From the NCBI RefSeq assembly GCF_006345805.1, contig NW_021834414.1:1-61034 (forward strand): DNA of 61,034 nt, read 5' to 3'. The notes under the pieces were generated by a model that had not been told where the DNA came from, ran no database searches, and worked only from the letters and a program-made list of their open reading frames with translations. This document shows, in pieces, positions 51,094-61,034 of this stretch. Positions within the stretch are counted from its first letter, which is position 1; each line of letters opens with the position of its first letter. Source of the DNA: Octopus sinensis. Its lineage: Eukaryota. Position numbers and translations under genes: made by a program.

Positions 51094-51420
51094 CTGAAGG
51101 CGCATGGCTCGGTGGTTAGAAAGTCAGGTTTACAGTCATGAGGTAGTGAGTTCGATCCCCGGATCAGGCTGCCTGTTGTGTTGAGCAAGACACTTTATTT
51201 CACGTTGCTCCAGTTCACTTATCTGTAGCAATGATTAGCGACATCACAGGAGCCAAGCTGTATCGGCCATTGCCTTTCCCTTGGATGATGTCAGTGGGAT
51301 GGAGAGGGGATGCTGGTATGCATGGGCGACTGCTGGCCTTCCATAAACAACCTTGTGCTTTGGAGAGGAACTTTGTAGAAGCAATCTCGTGATCATTCAT
51401 GAACGAAGGGAGTTTTTATC
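51094..51420 (+). mobile_element. SINE family C, full length
   Basis: GAAGGCGCATGGCTCGGTGGTTAG...GAGTTCGATCCCC...TTGAGCAAGACACTTTATTTCACGTTGCTCCAGT. Confidence 0.82.
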
Positions 51421-51673
51421 CAAAACAATGCGACAGTCGTTTCTTTGAAATTATTTCCAGCAGGCCGGAAGTCTACATTAAGACACCTATGGTTTATGTT
51501 GGCTTGGCTTACAAATAAGTGAAGAGTGAGCATTATCCAAATAAATCGTCATAGATTCGTTAAATTAAATGGAAATCTGTCAAACAGAAATTGAGACTAT
51601 GTTAAGGTTGAGAGAAATCTAATTTCAATAGGTCTATTATATGACTTATATAGAGTAAGATCGATATACATAC

Positions 51674-51775
<102 letters not shown>

Positions 51776-51967
51776 ATATATATAATTCATATACCACACA
51801 GAAAAACACATACACACATACAAATAATCATAAACATATATCTATTTATATTTATAGCTAATGATATTATAACTGAAAGTAAAGACAATGGAATTTGACT
51901 TTATATGTATGTGTGTATGTATGTATGCATATGTGCATGTATACATACAACACACACACACTATATA

Positions 51968-52028
<61 letters not shown>

Positions 52029-52030
52029 TA

Positions 52031-52581
52031 TTAAATAATCAGAAAATAGAGAAAACATTTGATCAACAAACAAACAAATTGAACCACATCGGTTGATTAT
52101 TCTTTAATACAAAGCATGACATAACATTATGTAATGTTATGCCATGTTTAGTATTAAAAAATAATCGAGCGATGTGGTTCAATTTGTTTGTTTGTTGATC
52201 ATATGTTTTCTCTATTTTCTGATTATTCAAATTTGATTCCTGATAAACTTTTGTTTATTCTGTTGTTACCTGTACGCTTTGAGTATAGTGTGCCTAGGTA
52301 TAGCACAGGTAACTGATACCGATAGTGAATACGGGTATTATAATCCCTGAGTCGGTTACTACAACCGCTAACCCTCTTCTCTGGCGTTGGCCAGATTGGA
52401 GTAATCACGAGGATAACCGGCCGAAATTGACAACAATCTGGAACTCGACTGAAGAAAGAAAACTCCGAATGATCCATCTTTGTTATCTTTGTATCGTCTG
52501 TCTGGATGTTTTGTCGTCCGTTTTTTCGTTTTTGTATAATCTGTTTGAATGTTATGCGTTCTTGTCCCATTTCTGGTATTC

Positions 52582-52590
<9 letters not shown>
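52031..52590 (+). mobile_element. (TA)n-embedded PLE-like island with a 200-nt 5' fold-back hairpin (52031-52230)
   Basis: Hairpin centred at 52130/52131 (CATAACATTA-TG-TAATGTTATG); GCCGAAATTG...CTGAAGA...GAATG at 52420-52472; U-rich tail into (TA)n. Confidence 0.7.
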
Positions 52591-52622
<32 letters not shown>

Positions 52623-52830
52623 CTTAAACAGAGGGTTAAAAGTACGTATGCATACATACTTACGTACATAAATACGTATGCATGTATGCATTATGTATAT
52701 GCATGTATATAAATCTTGTTGGAAACTGGATCTCGAAGAAAGCATAAAGCTATAAATAATAGCACAGAAGCATTGGTTTAGAAAACCCATTTCGATATAA
52801 AACGGCGAAGGCCGCCCATATCACTCGCCC

Positions 52831-52861
<31 letters not shown>

Positions 52862-52927
52862 TATCTGTTTGTTTTGTACACCACCTGTCTTTGTCTTTTG
52901 TTTCTTTTCGTAAACTCTCCCTATATT

Positions 52928-52958
<31 letters not shown>

Positions 52959-53624
52959 CTATATATATATATATGCGTGCATGTGTCCATCTGTGTAGCT
53001 ATTTCTCTCTATCCCTCTCTTTCTCTCTCCCCTTCCCTTTCTCGCTCTATCTATCTAGACAATGTATAAATAATGGTCATTACATATTCTTATTGTAGTA
53101 AATTTGGCTAACAGATGGTTGTTTCCAGTAGAGGCTTTCTCTATCGGCCTATTAAGCAGTTGACAAAAATTGAACGACCCCAAAAAATTAATGCTACTTT
53201 TGTCAATCATGTTTTGGCTATAACAATGCAAATTTTTCATATTGTTGTATTTCGGGATGGCATTTTTTTTTACCAAATAAAAACACAGACTATATATTTG
53301 TTTTTCACTCGTTTATTACTGTTCTTATCTTAACACATGCCTATTGTCCGGAGACCTTTCGTCACACATCTGTGACCTCTTCAGCGATACTTTTCGTGTG
53401 TGCTCTTGTTCCACTTACTCCATTCTGCTCTTCCATGGTGTGTATCCTTATGTGCGCATGCATTTGCATCCGTGCTTGTGTATGCGTGTATGTATATGTA
53501 AGGATGTGTGTGTATGTATGCGTGTGTGTGTCATTGTTCTTAACAGCAGTATGGCTTTCTCTTGAGCCCCATCTTCTCACCCATTGTACAGCTATTTTCC
53601 TAGGACTCGAAAATTTGGTACAGT

Positions 53625-53725
53625 TCCTGTAGTTGGCTCTAGTCCGCTCCAGGCTATAGTAGAAGAAACTTGCCCAAGGATCCATGCAGAACCATGCGAT
53701 TGAGAAGCCACGCCTGCGCCTATAT
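53625..53725 (-). mobile_element. SINE family A 5' fragment
   Basis: GCTATAGTAGAAGAAACTTGCCCAAGG...CCTGCGCCTATA. Confidence 0.7.
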
Positions 53726-53904
53726 ACATGCATAATTCTAAAATCGTGCAAATGTCTTGTAGTATGCTGGCCAAAGCCTGTCCACAGTATTCGTTTAGCT
53801 GATGTCAACAACAGTATGGAGGAACATGCCACTAGACTTACCTCGGGAATTCCTTTGTGTCCGTAGAGATTATATAAAAAATGTAGAGCAGAAAATGGAA
53901 TTCT

Positions 53905-53950
53905 CAGGTCTTTATTCAAAACCACTACAATCGTTTCAACTCATCAGGCA
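53905..53950 (-). ncRNA. Hammerhead-like remnant lacking stem II, followed by AATAAA
   Basis: Minus strand CTGATGA-GTT-GAAAC-GATT-GTA...TTTTGAATAAAG. Confidence 0.35.
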
Positions 53951-54633
53951 CCCGTAGATCACAGATGAGATTGTTATACTGTATATGTGCAAATGCATCT
54001 TATCAGGTGACTCATCAAATAAGTGCTTCTCAGTTCATTATGGAGACGGATGGCATGCTACACTCAAAATGTGTTGATATAGAAATAAGCGAAACAACAA
54101 GTAAAAAAAACAAACGAAACACTTATTTGAAGTCACTTTTCTGCCTCGATGTATGTGTTTGTGTGAGTGTATGTATGTATGTATGTATGTATGTATGTAT
54201 GTATGTATGTATGTATGTTTGTATTTATGTATGTATGTATGTATTTATGTTCGTATGTATGTATGTATGTATGTATGTATATCAGAACAGAAAATAGAAA
54301 ATTGAGGTGAAATGTGACTGAAGAAGTGTCCCATTCATCGATGAAGAAAACAAAAAATCTAAGTTGCTGCAAGAAGGATTTGGCAAATGAATGAGTACGT
54401 AAATGAATGAATATGTTAGAGAACGATATTTTAAGTGTACGAACATACGGATTAGCAGAACGAGCGCAAGAATGAATGACACACGCTAAGACAACAATAT
54501 TTATTGAGAAATGGGGAAGGGAGAGAATATACAGATAAATACATACATACATACACACACATACACAAACACACACACAGACACACACACACACACATAT
54601 ATATATATACAGGTAGATAGATAGATAGATGGA

Positions 54634-54683
<50 letters not shown>

Positions 54684-54699
54684 TATATATATATATATA

Positions 54700-54706
54700 T
54701 ATATAT

Positions 54707-54775
<69 letters not shown>

Positions 54776-54819
54776 GGGCAGACAATTAAATAGATATAAT
54801 GATAGGTAGATAATAGGTC

Positions 54820-54865
<46 letters not shown>

Positions 54866-54968
54866 TAGACAGATAGACAAATAGATAGATAGACAGATAG
54901 ATGAATAGACAGCGAGGTAGATAGATAGACGGATAGATAGATAATTAGATAGATAGATCGATAGACAA

Positions 54969-55002
<34 letters not shown>

Positions 55003-55060
55003 TGATAGATAGATAGACAGATATATAGATAGATAGATAGATAGATAGATAGACAGATAT

Positions 55061-55122
<62 letters not shown>
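54700..55122. repeat. (GATA/GACA)n microsatellite
   Basis: Direct reading. Confidence 0.96.
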
Positions 55123-55123
<1 letters not shown>

Positions 55124-55369
55124 CGAGGAATAGACTGCAACGAAAATAGCCACTAAGAAAACGATATTAACTTTTGGAAACAGTTGGCTTGGTGTCCGTT
55201 CATTAATCAAGTGAAACATGACACAGTCATTTCCTCACACAACGTTCGTTTCACATCTTCATGAATGGGAAGAGGGAAGACGCCATTTTGTTTTTATTTT
55301 TGTTTATTTCTGTGTGGCGTGCGTGTGTTTTTGTTTCTGTGTACTGTATATGTGTGTGTGCCTGTGTAT

Positions 55370-55414
<45 letters not shown>

Positions 55415-55759
55415 GAGAGAGAGAAAGAGAGAGAGAGAATAAAGAGAGAGACAGACAGACAGACAGATAGATCTTGACTTGCTATGCTGCTACTGCAGCC
55501 ATTATCTGCTATATTCTACATTAACTCATCATAGTCACATTATTATTATTATTATTATTGTTGTTGTTGTTGCTTTTGTAGTGATTATTATTACCGTTAT
55601 TATTGCTGTTAATGTTATCATCATCATTGTTATTATCATTATGATATCATTATTAATAACAATAATATTATCCTTATTGTTACTAATATTCTTAATAATA
55701 TTATAATAATTATTATTATTAATTAATATAGCAATAACAACATCGATAATAATGATAAT

Positions 55760-55765
55760 GAGAAG

Positions 55766-55796
<31 letters not shown>

Positions 55797-55872
55797 GAAG
55801 AAGAAGAAGAAGAAGAAGAAGAAGAAGAAGAAGAAGAAGAAGAAGAAGAAGAAGAAGAAGAAGAAGAAGAAA
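55760..55872. repeat. (GAA)n microsatellite
   Basis: Direct reading. Confidence 0.97.
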
Positions 55873-55984
55873 GCTGCTGATGACGATGATGGTGATGATT
55901 TCTTAATAATAACTTTCATTTCTTTAAGTTTAGAGAGCTGAGACCTAGATTCACCGAAAGTGTTTAAAAATATGTATTCGCGAT

Positions 55985-56400
55985 TGAGTGTGTGGTTAGA
56001 AGCTTGCTTCCCAACCACATGGTTCCAGGTTCAGTCCCACTGCGTGACGCCTCCAGCAAGTATCTTCAACCATAGCCTCGGGCCGACCATAGCCTTGAGA
56101 GTGGATTTGGTACACGGAAGCTGAAAGAAGCCTGTCGTAAATATATATATTATATATATATATATAATATATATGTGCGTGTGTGTGTGTGTGTGTGTGT
56201 GTATGCGTGTGTGTCATTGTGTCTGTTGTTCCCCCGCTACTACTTGACAACCGGTGTTGCTGTGTTTATGACCACGTAACTTAGCGGTTCGGGAAAAGAG
56301 ACCGATAGAATAAGCTCTAGGTTTTAAAATATGTCATAGGGTCGATTTACTCGACTAAAACCCTTCAGTCAAATGACTGAAACATTTACAAGATAAAAAA
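55985..56400 (+). mobile_element. SINE family A, full length
   Basis: GTGTGGTTAGAAGCTTGC...GGTTCAGTCCCACTGCG...AAATGACTGAAAC. Confidence 0.88.
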
Positions 56401-57084
56401 AATATAGAATAAAAAAGTACACACACATACACACACATATATATATATATTATATATATGATGGGGTTTAAAATTTACTACATGCATCCACCGATTACAT
56501 CATAGCACAAATACCCCATCTACAGGTAAAATTTTAGACGAGTATAAACAGGTAATGTTTATACTGTGATGATGAACTATCCAACCAACAATGTACTGTA
56601 TAAGTGCTATTTTTAAGAACATTCGAATTTATAGAGAAATCAAAACTATATAGAGGCATTTGAGGAGCAAAGAAGTCAAAACAAATCTATTTCAAACAGT
56701 TATCTTAATTAGCATATAGCTTTAAATTGCTGTGAAGAAGTACAAGAAAATAGACAGATTGTAGCCATAACATTTCTTTATGATTTTTATATTTCTTGTC
56801 GGATAAGTGACATAATACAAGCATACCTTCGGGCAGCAGAAAAACAAAACTACCATCACCATTTCACGCTAGTATACATATGCACACACGTACAGGCATA
56901 TGCACTAGTATGCACTTATACATAAGTATATGTATACTTGTATAACATGTGTGCGGTGTATTCCCAACACATAATACCTCATAGTTGTTTTACCTCACTG
57001 TGAACCCTCTATTGTGCAACGTAGCCAATTCTGGCGTCCTACGAGTTGTTGCGCCTAGATTCTAAAGAATCATATAACTAATTA

Positions 57085-57223
57085 CCAACCACATGGTTCC
57101 GTGTTCAGTCCCACTGCGTGGCACCTTCGGCAAGTGTCTTCTACTACAGCCTTGTGAGTGGATTTGGTAGGCGGAAACTGAAAGAAGCCCGTCGTATATA
57201 TGTATATATATATATATGTGTGT

Positions 57224-57264
<41 letters not shown>

Positions 57265-57475
57265 TGTGTCTGTGTTTGTCCCCCCAACATCGCTTGACAA
57301 CCGATGCTGGTGTGTTTGCGTCCCCATAAATTAGCGGTTCGGCAAAACAGACTGATAGAAAATGTGCTAGGCTTACAAAGAATAAGTCCTGGGGTCGATT
57401 TGCTCGACTAAAAGGCGGTGCTCCAGCATGGCCGCAGCCAAATGACTGAAACGAGTAAAAAAGAGTAAAAGACAT
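57085..57475 (+). mobile_element. SINE family A, 5'-truncated
   Basis: CCAACCACATGGTTCCG...AAATGACTGAAACGAGTAAAAAAGAG. Confidence 0.9.
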
Positions 57476-57564
57476 GCTAGTGAGTGTGTGCGCATATCTG
57501 TATGTGCGTGTATGTACATACGTATATGTATGTACATGAGTGTGTGTATGTGTGTATATGTATG

Positions 57565-57623
<59 letters not shown>

Positions 57624-58265
57624 GTATGTGTATGTATGTGTTTGTATGTTTGCATCTGTGTGTATGTATCCATTTATTTTTTAGTATACTTGTGTTTAAT
57701 GCGTATATGTAGACATTCACCTACCCACCTACAAGAACATATCACTTTATCTTTTTAAGTGTGTATATGTGTGTGTCTGTGGACACGTACACACACACAC
57801 ACACACGCACACGCACACCTACACACACACACTCATTCACACACACACGTATGTATAGTTTGACGTACAGATATAATAAAATAAACTGAGATGATTCAAA
57901 TTTTCTCATTTCACTAACAAAAACAGAACAAAGTAACATATTTTTACATTCTGAAATATATTAAATAAACTAAAATATAAATGAAAAAATAAAATATTTA
58001 AAGAATCTAATATATGATTGATGGATTTATTCAAATTCTTTTTTAAAGAATAAATTCTATATCGTTTTGGATAGGTTTTGTTGAGGAATTTATGATTCCG
58101 TTAGTCTTCGCAATCTAACTTGTTTTCGCACAAAAGCACATTGGATAACAAAAAATGATCCTTGACTTTTAGCAGGTCTTCTAACCCGAGGTAATCAGTA
58201 GATTATCAGTGTAATTTATTCTTGTTGGTATTTTCTTTTAATCTCATATACATTTCTTTTCGTCC

Positions 58266-58384
<119 letters not shown>

Positions 58385-58854
58385 ATGAGTAAAACAGCTA
58401 GTTATAAAACTCTGAATGGGATCTAAGTATTAACTATACTACATGATAAAATCTATTTGCCAACGTAAAGTGGCAGTCCTGCGTAGGACCATGTTACTGT
58501 CTTATAACCCCAGGTTACAAGATAGCAACATGTGACAAAGTAGATAGAAAGAGAGAGAGAGAGATACTGAGAGAGAGGAGGGAGTTGGATAGAGAGAGGT
58601 AAAGGGAGAGAGAGTGACAAACAGGAGACACAGAGGTGCAAAAATAGAAACAAAACATGGGAACTGAATTGAAAACGCATAAATGAGTATTTAAAAGAAA
58701 TTCAGTGATTGGTGATAATAGTTTTCATAATTTAGACAAAAGGCGAGCAACTTTGAGGAGGGTGTACTTGATTGACTGTCAATTATTATGCTATAATAAT
58801 TATGTTTTCAAAATTCGGGAGACTAACTCCGCCGATGACATGGTCCCCAATACA

Positions 58855-58950
58855 TGACTTGTACTTATTTTACCGTTGCCGAAAGGACGAAAGGCAGAGT
58901 TGATATTTGTGGAATCTGAACTCAGAACGTAATGCACAGCATTTTGCCCG
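58855..58950 (-). mobile_element. Old SINE family B fragment
   Basis: CCGAAAGGACGAAAGGCAGAG...TGAACTCAGAACGTAA. Confidence 0.6.
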
Positions 58951-59007
58951 ACACACAAACCATTCGGGAAATAAGAACAACAGCAACAACAACAATAATA
59001 ATAATAA

Positions 59008-59400
59008 CATTCAGTGCGATCAACTGACCAGACATCGGAAACCGGATATTGTTGTGGTGAACAAAAAAGGAACAGGGAGAAGAACATGCATGAAATCAAC
59101 ATATCATGTCCCGGTGACCACAGGATCAAAGAAAAAGAAGAAAAAAATGAATACCTATGATGATTTGAAGCGGGAAAAACGAAGGTTGTGGTCAATGAGG
59201 AGAGTAGAGTCATATCAACAGTAACTAGTGCACTTGGAACTACCATCATGGCACAAAACGATTGGTACAAATATAAAAAGTAGAACACCTACAAAAATTA
59301 GTATTACTTGGAACTGCAAAAATTCTTCACAGGGTTTTTGAAATTTGACCAGTAAACAATTGTCACTTTAGTCTTGCTGGCTGTGGACAGCTGGCATTTT
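59008..59400 (+). pseudogene. R4/Dong-clade non-LTR retrotransposon 3' fragment (restriction-like endonuclease)
   Basis: IQCDQLTRHRKPDIVVV, ISCPGDHRIKEKEEK, YDDLKREKRRLW, SALGT across frameshifts. Confidence 0.8.
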
Positions 59401-59460
59401 ACATAATACTCAACAAAATAAGCTGAGTCTTCATCAAGTAATAATATATTATATTATTAT

Positions 59461-59537
<77 letters not shown>

Positions 59538-59859
59538 TAAATGGAGAAACTCTCAAAATACAAAGACCTGGAAATAGAGGTAACCAGAATGTGGAATCTA
59601 AAAACAGAAACAATTCCTATCATAGTAGGTGCATTAGGCATGATAAAAAAATATTCAGACAAATACATAACAAAAACACCAGGACTTACAAACACATATA
59701 ACATACAGAAAATTGCACTACTAGGCACTGCACACATCCTACGCAGAACACTTTCCATACAATAACCATCAGAGCATCACAACAAATCACAGCACATACC
59801 CAAGGCACACAGAGCTGCGCTCGGTAGTGAAGTGAAAGCACGCTATAAAAATAAAGCTA

Positions 59860-59862
<3 letters not shown>
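59538..59862 (+). mobile_element. Young 5'-truncated R4/Dong-type LINE inserted in (TAA)n
   Basis: Uninterrupted EKLSKYKDLEIEVTRMWNLKTETIPIIVGALG...LLGTAHILRRTLSIQ* plus about 100-nt 3' UTR; long (TAA)n on both sides. Confidence 0.9.
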
Positions 59863-59939
<77 letters not shown>

Positions 59940-60169
59940 TGATGATGATTCTTTCTACGACAGGCACAAGTAGAGTAATTTTAGGGGCGGTTGTTTCTCG
60001 ATTGCATCAAATCATGTGCTCAAATGGTGTTATTTAATCGACTCCAAAAAGGATGAATCGTAAATATGATTCGGGTGTCAGTGAAAATGAAAACGAAAGG
60101 AACATGCAAGTAGAAATATTGCAGGTCATTTTCTCGGATTTTCTACCGATTAAAAAAAACAGAAAAACT

Positions 60170-60440
60170 ACAATCCCTTAAAATTTGAAATTGCAAGGAT
60201 TTGGAATATGAAAACTGTAAAGGCTGTGCCTATAATAATTGGTGCATTGGGAACTATAAGAAAAGATTCAGACAAATGATTGGAGAGTGAAATACAATGC
60301 CCTGTAGAACTTCTAGAGAAACTTTGCCTTTTAGTGACAGAAAAGATTATCAGAAGGGTTCTAAGCACTTGAAAGACTATTGGAAGATTGTGGATACCTA
60401 CGGTTACATGTAGCAACCTGCTACTCAGATAAATCCTACC
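60170..60440 (+). pseudogene. R4/Dong-type LINE 3' fragment, second subfamily
   Basis: LKFEIARIWNMKTVKAVPIIIGALGT...LLVTEKIIRRVLST* with one internal TGA. Confidence 0.85.
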
Positions 60441-60585
60441 AGGAATTAGACTGAATCTGAATCAAGACAATCTGGTGTGATTGTTTTAATGGCCTACCAA
60501 TGTATACAGTACGTTTCTCCGCCCTAGGTGTAAGGAAGACACTAGACAAGAAATGGAAACAGAACTGGAAAAAGATGCTAATGAA

Positions 60586-60640
<55 letters not shown>

Positions 60641-60675
60641 TAATAATAATGATGATGATGATGATGATGATGATG

Positions 60676-60716
<41 letters not shown>

Positions 60717-60718
<2 letters not shown>

Positions 60719-61034
60719 ACCACTAGCCCAGAAGGAATACATAGCCAGGCTTGTCCGTTGAACACTATGCAACAAGTATTAAGTGGATAGAGCAAAAAAT
60801 TGGTACGACCACAAACCTGAAGTCATCGTTGAAAACAGAAATGCAAAAGATCCTATGGGATTTTATGATTCAGTGCGACCATGAGAAAGAGAATAGGAAG
60901 CCAGACATAGTCTGAATTGAGAAAGAAAACAATTATGCTGGATCATAGCATAGCATGCCCAGCTGACAACAAGGTATGCGATAAGGAAGAAAGAAAAGTC
61001 GAGAGATATGACAGGTTAGCTTGAAAAGTTAAGC
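60717..61034 (+). pseudogene. R4/Dong-type LINE fragment after (TAA)n, running off the window edge
   Basis: KILWDFMIQCDHEKENRKPDIV, ACPADNKVCDKEERKVERYDRL with stops and frameshifts. Confidence 0.85.

Overview
AT-rich, repeat-saturated eukaryotic non-coding DNA. The SINE families and the extreme (TA)n/(TATG)n/(GAT)n microsatellite load point to an octopus genome; this is an inference from recognised repeat types, not a database hit. No intact gene can be identified with confidence, and almost all ORFs in the supplied track are microsatellite translations. Recognisable content: about 35 tRNA-derived SINE copies or fragments from 4 families; a decayed Penelope-like (Neptune-type) RT + GIY-YIG retroelement with a pseudo-LTR enhancer array; four R4/Dong-type LINE 3' fragments beside (TAA)n tracts; three decayed mariner elements; Tc1, Tigger and hAT MITEs; Helitron-like pieces; two tandem duplications; and a decayed tRNA-Met(CAT) gene with an intron-like insert. 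The most interesting signals are (i) short islands embedded in (TA)n that carry long fold-back hairpins and hammerhead-ribozyme-like motifs with variant cores, (ii) a six-fold CCAAT-N12-CRE module, (iii) the intron-bearing tRNA-Met, and (iv) a chimeric SINE at a duplication junction. A few phase-compatible candidate micro-exons of an unidentified host gene are reported at low confidence. Coordinates of decayed elements are approximate.
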